Source of the DNA: Hamiltosporidium tvaerminnensis FI-OER-3-3
Lineage: Eukaryota; Fungi; Microsporidia
Reading direction: 5' to 3'
Length of the DNA stretch: 64,000 nucleotides
NCBI GenBank assembly: GCA_022605425.2
Contig: JAKIMF020000001.1
Span: forward strand, 1,054,001-1,118,000
Shown: in pieces, positions 49,777-61,530 of the stretch
How positions within the stretch are numbered: position 1 is the stretch's first letter
How the letters are laid out: every line of letters starts with the position of its first letter
Made by a program: the position numbers and the translations under genes
Notes under the pieces: model-generated
Seen by the model: only the letters and a program-made list of their open reading frames with translations
Databases searched by the model: none
Told to the model about the DNA's origin: nothing

Positions 49777-50805
49777 ATGATTTTGGATAATTTGTTGATC
49801 GTTAAAAATTATGACAAAGATTTTAAAAAATATGTAAAAATTGCAGCATTTGATCTTGACAACACAATAATAAACAATTTACCTAATAGAGCTGCTGAGG
49901 ATGAAAGAGGATGGGTATTTAGATATAAAAATGTTATTAGCAAGATGAATAATTTACATACCGAAGGTTATTTGGTTGTCATACTTAGTAATCAATCTGG
50001 ATTGATTTTGGCAGGAACAGTTTCTAAATTTAAAAGAAAAATAAAAAGAATTATGAAAAATTTTAATTTTCCGGTGATTTTTATTGCGGCTCTGTATAAA
50101 GATTTCTATCGAAAACCATCGATTGGAATGTTCAATTTTTTGGTTGAATATCATATTTTAGATGGGAATATTGATCATAAGAATAGTTTTTATGTTGGAG
50201 ATGCAGCAGGAAGATCGCATTTGCCATTTAACGATCATTCGGATTGTGATATAAAATTCGCGTATAATGCAAATATTGAATTTTACACGCCAGAAGAGTT
50301 TTTTGATGAACAACCAAAAAGTCATAAAAACATAGAATTTTTTAAAATAGATTCTTATCGAAATGAAATATCATTTGATACTAAAAATTTTATAAATTTT
50401 GATATTATTTTTGTGTATGGAAATGCTGTGAAATATTGTGGAAAAACACATTTCAGCAAAAAATATTTTCAAAATTTTTCAATTTTAAGAAATCCCCAGG
50501 GAATATCAAAAACAAATGAAAAAATCATATTTTTTGATGTTTATGATGAAAATTTAATCAAAAAAGTTATTAGAAATCGAAAAATACAAAATATTGGTGT
50601 TTTTCATTTGTCTTATGACAAGAAGGTTTTGAAATATTTAAAAAGACTTGGAGAGCTTAGCGGTAAAAAATCAGAGTCTTTAATCGAGAATTGTAACGAA
50701 AACTTTTCTTCGTTTTTTGATATACCGATCATATCAGTTCCTTTCATATTTGATGATACTGATTTCAGTCCCGAATTACGAAAAATTTCACAATTACAAT
50801 TATAA
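49777..50805 (+). CDS. Polynucleotide kinase/3'-phosphatase family protein (PNKP/Tpp1-like)
   Basis: HAD motifs AAFDLDNT, SNQSG, YRKPSIGM, FYVGDAAGR, HSDCDIKFAYN..FYTPEEFF. Start moved from the track's TTG at 49741 to the ATG at 49777, which follows CCC (49768-49770). Confidence 0.9.
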   Translation: MILDNLLIVKNYDKDFKKYVKIAAFDLDNTIINNLPNRAAEDERGWVFRYKNVISKMNNLHTEGYLVVILSNQSGLILAGTVSKFKRKIKRIMKNFNFPVIFIAALYKDFYRKPSIGMFNFLVEYHILDGNIDHKNSFYVGDAAGRSHLPFNDHSDCDIKFAYNANIEFYTPEEFFDEQPKSHKNIEFFKIDSYRNEISFDTKNFINFDIIFVYGNAVKYCGKTHFSKKYFQNFSILRNPQGISKTNEKIIFFDVYDENLIKKVIRNRKIQNIGVFHLSYDKKVLKYLKRLGELSGKKSESLIENCNENFSSFFDIPIISVPFIFDDTDFSPELRKISQLQL

Positions 50806-52224
50806 AATGTTATTGATTTATATTTTTTTAAGTTTTGAGTAATCCATTTCCTCCATTTATATTTCTTAAAAAATTTTAAAAGTTATATATTTGTTTACTC
50901 TATTATATATCTTGTCTTCGTTTGGTAAGGAAAAAACTCCTTTTTTTGAACAAAAAAACTTTTTTTATTTATAATTTGTAAGTCAATTATTAGAAATTAA
51001 ACAAAAAATATTTTTTAAAAGCGAACATTCTAAATTGGGAAAATTATAATTAAAAAATTTTTCTCAAATTACAAACATATTAAATTATTTGGGACAATAA
51101 GACAATTTTAAATATAAAGCTATTAAATCCTATTTTTTTTTAAACGAAAGAAGAAAATCCAAGTTCTATTATCTCAAATCAATGATTTCCTAGGTTTTAG
51201 TAAAATTTCCGCGTAGATAATTAAGAAAACCAAAAATCATAAAAAGAAGCTGATAATATCTACTGAAATCTAAAAAATATTTACATAAGCTAATAAAGAA
51301 ACGTTAAAACCATAAATAATATGAAATAATCTTAGCTTCAAGTTATAAAATAATGCTTTAAATTGAATGTAGGATATCTAACAAATGAAAAATTGTTTAT
51401 TATCATCTATTTTTCTTCGATAATCTATATATTAATCTTTAAAACCAATTAGTTTTCAAATTATATAAGAATGAATGACTAAAATAAATTTTTTAAAAAA
51501 TTATAACATGGCACATGATAATCAAACAGTTACTAATTATTTGATTTGATAAAATTGAGAAATATTTTAAATCTGAAAAATTACTTTTAATGATTCATCC
51601 GTGCTTCGTAAAGCAAAAAAATTTTGAAAATAAAATTTATTTGCTTTTATTTCATATTCGTTAATTAATGGTAATACATTTCGTATTCGAGAAATACATA
51701 TGTTCTTGCTCATAGACACATTAAATATATTCCTAGTTTTCTCGTATAAAAATATGATACTTGATCGAATTTAAATGTATTTTATTCATGATATTTATCT
51801 GAGTCTTATTTGAACTAAAGGTTGGCCAACTCACATAATACCACGAGTAAAGACAAGAAATTTTGATAAGAATGTCTAAAAAAAATAATGTAAATTTTTC
51901 ATTTTTTTATATTATTCAGAAAAAAAGATAAAACGAAGAATAAAATATCTTCTTTTTTTTCAATATTAAAGATGATTAAAGAAAGAGATATTCAAATAAA
52001 TACAAAAAAAAATATTCCAAAAATGAAAGTTTGGAAAACTTAAAGGAGTAATTTCACATAAAATTTGCTCTTTATGCTATACAGACTTTTTTATCATCGA
52101 TTACACCATAAGATAACTTATTCAGACAAAAAATTATTATTTCAATTCGTTTTTAATAAATTACTTAAGAACTAATCTAAATATAAACATTAAAGGAATA
52201 TTTTATAGAATATAAAGCATAACA

Positions 52225-52640
52225 TAACTAAGTCTGCGGCGCTAAATCTCTATGGAGTTCGGCGCTCTTAAACGATTCTCCTCTATTCTTCGCAATACTG
52301 CACCAAGTATTTCCATTTTAATATATTAAGTTTTCTTAGATCCCTTTCCGCCTGATCTAGCCATCTTGTTCTCGGTTTACCTCGTCTTCTCTTATTTTCG
52401 GGTACAGATCTAGGAATTTTGCTACAACACCTTCCTTCGAGATTCTGTCCAAGTTCCCTAGCCATCTAAGTCTTGTCTAATTGATAATGGTGACCAAATT
52501 TGTTTCTTCATAAAGCTCGTATAGTTCAAGATTTGTTCCAATCCACCACTTGATATTTTCAAAATTTAAGCCGTATATTCTTCCCAGTATCTTTATTTTA
52601 CATTATCTAGCTGAGCCTCGTCTCTTTTTGCCATAACCAG
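52225..52640 (-). mobile_element. 3' fragment of an RTE-clade non-LTR retrotransposon
   Basis: KRRRGKPRTRWLDQAERDLRKLNILKW matches the RTE C-terminal GRP..RW.D motif. Confidence 0.7.
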
Positions 52641-55600
52641 TGCTTCGGAAGATTTCAAAGTATACTTTCGATATATTTAAAAACACGTCTTTTTTGTGTG
52701 AATGCTTTATGAAAATTTAAATAAATTGCAACATATTAGGTAAATAATTACGTTGATATACTTTATGGACAAATTATGTTTTTTTAAATTTAATAATATG
52801 TTTGCTTCGTATTGTAACTTTGATTTCTAATTTATTTTTTCCAACTGAAGCAATTTTTTCTAGAATTATTACTGTATATTGCGATTTATGGAATTAAGAT
52901 ATAAATTTGAAGTGAAAGCTGTTATATCTCTGAATCAGTATTGTCTTATAAAACATTTAGATCATTTTTATTTCATTGATTATATATATTCAATAATCTC
53001 AAAATATTTTCATTTTTGTCATTTTATTTTCAATGTAACATTATGAGTTGGTGAATAAAAGAAAAATTGTAAATTTTTTTGAATGAATTTTTCTTTTGCA
53101 GAGAAAGATTCTACTTTTAAATATTAAATTATTTTATCGTTGGTATTTTCAAGGCTAATTATAAAAGATCTTTTTCACCAAATTATTTTTTTCAACTTTT
53201 TATTTTCTAAACTTTAAGATTAAATAGAAGTTTAATTTATCTTTGAGAAAAATAGATCATTCATTAAAGAAAGGTCTAAAGTGTTTACTTTTAGGAAGAA
53301 TTTTTCCAAGCATTTTAAAAAAAAATCTTCCAATTCTATATTAAAGCTTTTTGTTTAGATTATTCGTAGTGTAATTCGATTCTTTACTTTTTACTCATTT
53401 AGAATACTAAAATTACAATTTATTTTCTTTAAATTTACATTCATTAATTAAATAAATATATTACCTATGTGTAAATCTACACAAACTTAAGCTGTTTTTA
53501 TATCCAGATTCTTTATGAAATTCGTATTTATTAGTCTCGGACAAAAATAAATTTCCATTAAGCATTTATACATAGCTACAATTTAAAATATAAATAATAT
53601 ATTTTTAAATTTATGGTAGAAAAAAAATTTAAATCCTTTAATAATGAAATTCAAAGATATATTTCTTCTTTCATAGTATTTCTGCTTCTTTTCAGCAGTA
53701 ATTTATTTAAATTTCTAATTAGTTTTAAGCCCAGTGCTTTACTCCAACCCGATATTTCTTGTGCTTTAAAGCCAAAAGCTATGTTACTTTCATTTCAATT
53801 AGGTTTCAATTTTTGTCATAAATAATATCAGAAGCTATTTTTGCTCACAGATCAATTTTTATATTTAATTGAAATTTAAAATATTATACTATTGAATACA
53901 TTAATATAATCATTGAAAAAAATTGGTTTATAGTTTAAAAAAGTAAATTATGAATAATATGGTTATATATGTACTAATTGTTTAAAAAATGATTTTTAGC
54001 CTCGTTTTTGTGTTTTTTTTTGGAATTCGCTATAATTTTTTTAACATCTTAGAACAAATCAAAGTCAAAATTTCTAGAATATTTATTCTAATTTATAAAT
54101 ATTTTTTATATTCGGCCAATAAAACCTGAAATTTTTTACTTTCGAGGTGCATTTTCCTAACTTTGCTTTAATCATAGATTTATAATGATGAAAACCGTTT
54201 ATTTCGGCTTTCATCATTAAATAAGATTTAAACTATTCGGAATACAAACTGTGTATACAAAATAGTAGATGAAATATCAACCGAGAAAAAAGTATATTTT
54301 TTTGCCATTTATTAGGCAAAATTGGTCATAAGTTCATTGATTGAATTTTTAATGAGACAAAAACCAAAAAAATTTTACATTGTTTATTATATATTTGTAT
54401 AATAAAGAGATTTTCTACAAAATATTAAAATCTTTCCTGAAATAAACTTCGGAGTTCTTTATGTATCTAGATTAGAAACCACATTTTAAATTATATATAA
54501 TACTATGTAAAAACATATAAAACTAGTCTTCCCCACTTAGTTTAAAAACCAAACGCTTGAAGAGAAAAGCACATCCTTTAAAAAGTTCAAAATACTAATT
54601 AGTATGTAATGTCTACCGATTGGTTATTTCAACGCACAAATTTACCACATGTAAGTTGCTGAGATATATCTAAACTAAAAGTCTATTGGGTTCTGAAAGT
54701 GTAAAATAAGAAGAAATGATGTAATACAAAGAAAAATTAATGTAGCTTCGACATGTGATCGCACAACATGCAATAGACTTTAAAGAATTTCGAGCAACGT
54801 TCCCTTCATCAAATGTGTTTTTGATCAAATAGATAAAAAGCTTTGGGTCTTTTAAACGTAAGACATAACGATAGAATGCCAAGAACTCAGTTATATAAGC
54901 AAAACTTGGAGTCTTTCAATGTTATGAAACCAATATACCACACCTATTTTACCTAATGAAGTGAAATTTATTGAAAATATAAACATCATATTGTAAACCC
55001 TAACCTAGCTATTTATTGTAAAATACTATAATCAAAAAAATATGCATCAAAAATCACATTTTACGTTTAAACTTGGTTTTTAATATTGTAGATGGATTTA
55101 TTATTATAATTTCAATTAGAAAATTCGGTAAAACCATTATACTGATAGTTAAGACAAAATATTGAATGCAAAGTCTATCCAAACTTGTGAAACTAAATTA
55201 AATCAAATCAGTAAAACTAAAGGAGCATTTTGATCGATTTTTTGGCGAAAAATAAATGCTTATGTGAAAAATAACGAGATCTTCGTCAGATTTTTCTACG
55301 CATAAGTTTAAATTAAATATATAATCGGTTTTTATTTAGTAATAAACAGATAAAACATTATTCCACTTTTAAAAAGCTATTGAATTAGAAAAAATATAGT
55401 GATTGCAATACGTAATAAACATTCATAAATTTCATAAAGATTTAATAACAAAATATAAATTTTTTTTACTAAACATAACCATCAACATGTTATTCTTTAA
55501 TTTATGTAAATGAATATAATTTACATAAAATATTATTTGTTGAATACAATTTTTACACTATAATAACTGTTCTTCTAAGTTTTTCGAACAAACATTTTTT

Positions 55601-55967
55601 ATTATCAAAAAATAACCAATTTTATATCAATAAGAAGAGAGCCACAATCAAATCGAATGCTCATAATGAACTCTGAAATTTTTAATAGTCCGATGAAATT
55701 AACGTCATGATTAGATATTAATAGAAGCCAGAAAGTATCGCAAGATAATACAATAACAAACAGAAGGAACTGACAACCAATACAATCGAATAAGAAGTTA
55801 AATTCAACTCAAACAAATACATAAATTTTAAGCCCGTAAATTTAAATAAAAATATCGAAATCAAAGCACTGTCTTCAAATTTAAAAAGTGTACCTTATAA
55901 GTAAACAAGGCAAAATATATTATACATGAGCGGAGAGAAAAAAAGTTTCATACTAAATAATCTAAAT

Positions 55968-56039
55968 AAAACGGTAATCTGTCGCCATAGACAGTCTTGG
56001 AAAATATTTCCAACTAACTGTTAATTGCAACTAGATTAC
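55968..56039 (-). ncRNA. Candidate Pol III hairpin RNA, copy 2 (72 nt)
   Basis: Stems GTAATCT/AGATTAC, GTTGC/GCGAC, ACAGTT/GACTGT and TTGGAAA/TTTCCAA; 3' end CGTTTT. CCACA lies 56 nt upstream (56095-56099). Confidence 0.6.
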
Positions 56040-56199
56040 AACAAATTGTGATTAAAGGGTTTTATAAATTAAAACTCTCAATAAGCATTGGAATTGTGGT
56101 ATGATTTAACAATTAATAAAATTATTTTTTTCCAAATTTAGATATATTTTCTATTGCAAAAAAAATGTTTTTGAATAATACATGCCATATTTTCTTGAC

Positions 56200-57200
56200 T
56201 CTCTAACCCTTTTCTATTCTGAATTTTCCACTAATCAAAACACAATCCAGCAGATCATTACAACTTTTAAATCATATAAATTTTGAAAGAAATTATATTA
56301 GTGTTTTTTTACGCGAGAACTGCGTCTGTTTTAGAGGCTATTCAATTGTTTTATTAGGAAATAAAAACTCTTTATGAAATTGCCACATGTAAAACTGAAA
56401 GTTCCGTAAAATTAAAAATTTTATGAAAGTTAAAAACAATTTTTTTAGATTTTTTTTTATTTTAAAATATCAATTTCTATAAAGGGTAAGTTGTATTTGT
56501 TCTTCATAATTTTAACGCTTTTCTGGTTTAGTATTGATAACCGCTTCTTAAACCTTCCATCGATACCTATTGATACCTATATCTCAAGTTTTTTCAAAAT
56601 TTATTGCGTACAACTAATATAAATAGGCGAGGCAGTTGCCAAAGATCATTAATTTCTGTTGTATGAACTGCTATTATAAATTGAAATATTGCTCTTCCGA
56701 AATACAGCAGCAATTTCATTTAATCTAAACTTACTGAATTGAAATAACTTCCAGTCAAGATATATTTCGGATACTTACAGGGGTCTATTTTTGGTTGGAA
56801 ATGACATGTTACTGGACATAACCTGCTTCTAAGCTTTTCTGACCCCATACAATGTATGGTTTTTTGTATCCTTGGGCGCGATTCCTCTAACTTGAGTAGA
56901 AAGACTATGTTTCGAATATTTTTTCCTGGCATTCGTTACAATTTCAGTCGTAGTTTTCAATCTATTTACAAAAAAAACCAAAAAATATTTTTTGAGAAAA
57001 TATTTGATCTTTTTTACATCCGTTTCCATTTTATGAATTCACAAAATCAACCGAGAATTTGGGATGGTTATAATACCCTCAAAAATATAAGATTGACTTC
57101 ACATGAATTTTATCAAATAATTGCTAATCACAAAGTTTTGTATGTGGATATACTCGTTCTTCTTACAATATAAATGTTCTGTACAACAAATATAATTCAA
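56200..57200 (-). mobile_element. Strongly decayed 3' copy of the RLE non-LTR retrotransposon
   Basis: ORF 56829-57029 (METDVKKIKY..TTTEIVTNARKKY) is a remote echo of the K.RKYDLL..TWDGIVTKYH region. Confidence 0.35.
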
Positions 57201-57617
57201 ACTTTCAATAAATATTTTCACAAGTTGATATGAAAATATTTTGAAATAAATTTATACATAAAATGTTATTTCAATATGAATGAAGATATAGTTTAACAGG
57301 GTACGGAAAAGGAGAGCCGAAACGGTATATTATAATTAAACGTGTGTATTAAGCCATGAAAACGTATCAATGAGAGCTAGTCAAGAAATTGTTTATAAAA
57401 TAAACGTTGGGGGAAACGGAACTAACAAACAAGACATACTGATAAAAAATATGACTTGAATTAGAAGAATACCAAATATTTAATTTCTTCATTTTTCAAT
57501 AAAATGACAGGAATAAAAATAGTGAATACAAAGTCTTAAAAAAAATTTCATCATAAGCAAGCGGAACAGATTAGGAAATAAGAGCAGTGGGAGAAAACAA
57601 TGAATACTTTAGTTAAT

Positions 57618-57696
57618 AAAACGGTAATCTGGTCTCCTGCAACAGCGTTGGAAAGATAGGAACTTCCGATTAATTTGTGAAAAGAAACCAGATTAT
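57618..57696 (-). ncRNA. Candidate Pol III hairpin RNA, copy 3 (79 nt)
   Basis: 14-bp outer stem TAATCTGGTTTCTT/AGGAGACCAGATTA, inner GGAAG/CTTTCC, 3' end CGTTTT. CCACA lies 53 nt upstream (57749-57753). Confidence 0.6.
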
Positions 57697-57801
57697 ATAA
57701 TTCGGGATTAAAAAATTATAAAACAAAAAATATAAATTATTTTGAAATTGTGGTTTCAATAAAGAAAATATAGATATATTAATTTATTTTTTCATATTAG
57801 A

Positions 57802-59911
57802 TGTCACAGGCCAATAAAGCCTCCCAAGTCCAATAGAACCAACTTTATTTCATATGATTTATAGAACCTCGTTATTTCTAATGATTTTTAGAACCCCGTT
57901 ATTTTCATATATTTTACTTAAGGGCCACATATTTGAAAAGAAAGAAAGTGATTTTTTCTTTAAATTTAATAGGGATCTCTTTAAAAAATGCTTATCAAGT
58001 TTTTAACCTGTATTTTCCGCCAAAATAAAAATATTTTAAGTTTTGCTGGAATAAAAATAAAAACTTTTATGATAGTACTTAAATAATAAAAAAGGTCTAT
58101 TATAATTGCAAAGTAAATTAAATTACAAACGTTTTTTAAACTGTTCTGGTATTAACATCATTGTTTTTTACTTCAATCATGTTGTTCATCAAAATAGCGG
58201 CAACTTTAAAAACGGAATTATCGTAAAAAGAGTCAAAAGGCGCTACTTGTGTTTTAGTATTCATATTTAAGCCTTTTTTTTCAAAACTTGATCTCCAATA
58301 GACAAATCTTTCTTGAATTCATTTGAATTGTTGCTTTCTATAATTCTTTCTCTATGCTTTTTAAAATGCTTAGCCACATCCGAACGAATCTTACTATCGC
58401 TTCCGAGATCATCAGCTATTATAGTGGTGGTTACCGTTTCAATAAATTCTTAATGTTCATCCGAAGCGATTTCCAGGATCCATTGTGTATCCGCTGCATT
58501 TTCTTCGACTAAAACTATATCAGGATCTATATCAATAGCAGATCCTATCATACTGGCTTCGTATTTAACTATTATGCTTCCAGAAAGTGGATTGTTAAAG
58601 CCTAGTTTTCAGAAGAAAAGCATAAATAGAGATTTGTTTCTTGCACTATGTACTGAACTGTTATATACATAAAAAACATTATTAAAATTTTTCTTCACCT
58701 TTTTTCACCTGTTTCGTTCAATTTCTTCGCTGGCCATCTTTTTATGGTCTGATTTATACGTTCCACTTGACCTTGCGCCTTTAAATTGCATGGCATTTCA
58801 TGTATAAATTTGATGTTAAGATCAGTTAAAAAGGCTTCGAGTAGTGCATTTTTAAACTCTAGGCGGTTGTCGGATTGTATTGCCACCGAGACGCCGACGT
58901 TGTCAAATAAAAATTTTAATGAATCTTTTACAAATTTCAAAGTTTTATTAATCAGCTTAAAGCACCAGAGATGTTTTGTGTATCTGTCGATTACATTAAG
59001 ACACGAGCAATTTCGATCATTTTGATACTTATCTTTTTAGATCTACACAATCCATCATAAAAAGATAATATTTTTTGGTAATATGGTTTATATATACTGG
59101 CTGAATTATTTTTAGAGAATTAAACCGACTACATGCTTCACAGTCTTTTACATACTCTTTTATGTATGCTTTGGAAATCCCATAGTATTTTTGTACAATC
59201 AAACTCATCATTTTATTTACTCCAATGTGTGCAACAGCATGCTTCGTTTGAATAATTTGTTTAATCAAGGCAGTTTCAAATGCAAAAACAGCTCTGCTTA
59301 GATGATCGCGTCTTTTAGAACTAATATCATCTCCGAGCAAAGTAAAATGTTATGGCTCAATAATTATATTTCTTTGGTATACTCAGCTGGATACTGATCG
59401 GTGTTTTAATATGTTTTAAGAATTTCTTTTTCTTGCCTATTTTTACAACTTAAAATCTTTGCCATTTTGGTTGCATTATATTTTTATACATATAATCGAA
59501 ATACTTGAAAAAAACAAATAATATGAAAGCTTTAAATTAATTCATATAAAATTTTATGTGTTTTAGTGTCTGAATTAAATTTTACGACGAAATTTTGCTT
59601 TATGATACTAGCAAATGCAAAAAAACAAAAAAGGCAAATAAGAACTCAAAAGAATAATATTTATTTTATTAAATAATTCATTCATAATAAAATATCCTAT
59701 TGTGTATACAAAAGAAATTTTAAGAAGGATGAATAAGAAATATCGGAAAGGAAACTAAAATATAAGATGTAGGAATAAGAGAAATAAATAGGCTATAATG
59801 GTATAGGAATTCAAGGGCTATATGAAAAAATAAAGGGTTTTATGAACTTTAAAAAGATATAGGAAATAACGTGGGTTCTATTGGAGACGCGAGGTTTATT
59901 GGCCTGTGACA
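57802..59911 (-). mobile_element. Ginger-type DNA transposon (retroviral-like integrase), pseudogenised
   Basis: 17-bp perfect TIR TGTCACAGGCCAATAAA (imperfect to about 40 bp) and 5-bp TSD TTAGA (57797-57801, 59912-59916). H-x3-H..C-x2-C zinc domain and DDE core (MMDCVD, QSDN, QGQVERINQTIKR) in ORF pieces 59029-59340 and 58695-58940. Confidence 0.9.
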
Positions 59912-59989
59912 TTAGATATTTTGTTTTTCATAAAAATATTTTTTTCGAAAATTTTATGAAATGGTATTTAGTAAAAATTTAGAGTGGCA

Positions 59990-61400
59990 AAGTATTGTAT
60001 CATTTGTATATTTTCTCAAAAACTCTTTATATTTTACTTTCTTGCTCTAAATTCGAGATTTGATGTACATTTTGTCGGTTCCTTCATCCAAAATGTGTAT
60101 TTGTTAGCTTTTGATTTTAGACGTTTAAATCCTTCTTCCTCATTGCTGCTTGTTTATATTAAGGTATTTGTTCCATATGTTCACGTCTCCTGTTATAACA
60201 CCCTCTACACATTTCCTAAAATCTTTTTTTGCATTTTTTTCTGACACGGGTCTTCAGTATCGAACATAGAAAATTTACGATATTCTTCTTATGCACTGTT
60301 TACTGGCCATTCTTTTTTGAAAGATATTTGTCGTTTTTAAAGTATATCACGGAGTATTTTGTACAACCTCGTGCCAGTTTATCATATATAATATTACCAT
60401 AGTCCCAAATTCATCTACAAGACCTAAAATTTTTGCTCTTTGATCATACTTACTTGTTTTCTCGATTTTAACCATCCAAAGTGAATATATAATATATTTT
60501 CTCGTGTTTTGGTGCTTTCATATAATTTGCTGGTTAAAATATTAGATTCGGTCTATGCTTCCGAATTCTACATCGAGGATAATAAGAACCCAAAACCTAT
60601 TTATTCATAAAGATTTTAAAGAATTTCTTAAATACCATGAATCTTACTCTTAATTCGTTTTCTAGACCCAAACGTGTATCGTTTAAAGGTGTAAGTTGGT
60701 CATATACCACTTCATTATGTCTTGTGTCGTGTCTGAGTCTAATCTAAAATCTTTTCGTTAAATGAATTAGTGATTTAAAAGATTCATCGTTGTCTTGACA
60801 ATCTCATTCTGCTGCTCTAAAATAAATTTTATCTAAGAAATGACAGAAAAGCTGTTCATTACTTTTACTTATATTACTTTTTTCATTTGCGCGCTAGAAG
60901 AGTCACTATGACCCACAAGCTAATTCTTTCTTGCATTATATAACAATGAATAAAATTTTAATTTATTTCGTTAATAATTTTGCTAGCTAGTCTCTTCGCA
61001 GTTCTTTTTATTGAATATTCTTCGAAACTATATTTGAGTTTTATGAAACATTTCATTTGTGCAGGATAGAGTTTATTTTTGTTTTTCAATTGAGAATCGT
61101 TGTCTTGAAATTGATATTTACTTTTTTTTGGAAATCTAAGAATTGCAAATGCATATGTTCACATCGGAAGACAACACTATAGAGTTCTTCTCCAAATTTT
61201 TTCATTTATAGTTTACATATCTAAAGCTGCCAAACCTTTTATATGCTAATATTAAACCAAATTCTTTTTTTTTCAAATTCGAACAAGCAGATAATAGGCA
61301 GAGATATCGAAGCTTTGAATACTTTTGGCCGTTTTTTTATATTTTGTATTACATTCAGCGATAAATATCTTAATACACCGAATCCAGTCTCTAAATAATA
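59990..61400 (-). mobile_element. Decayed copy of the RLE non-LTR retrotransposon
   Basis: Shares TACCACTTCATTATG (RHNEVV), CACAAGCT..TTGCATTATATAAC and GCATATGTTC..CAACACTAT with 38560-39060. Confidence 0.75.
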
Positions 61401-61530
61401 ATTCCTCCTTCATAATCTTTTATTTTTAAAATATATGAAACTTATTTTTATAATACTTTTTTAAAATCTTCAGTCCCGGCTTAACATATAGCGAAAAAAT
61501 GATAAGTATCATAAATATATATAAATACCC

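Noticed and set aside
57618-57696. The hairpin start ATAATCTGGTTTCTTTTCA resembles the 5' end of U5 snRNA
   Set aside because: None of the three copies has the invariant loop 1 GCCUUUUAC or a clear Sm site.
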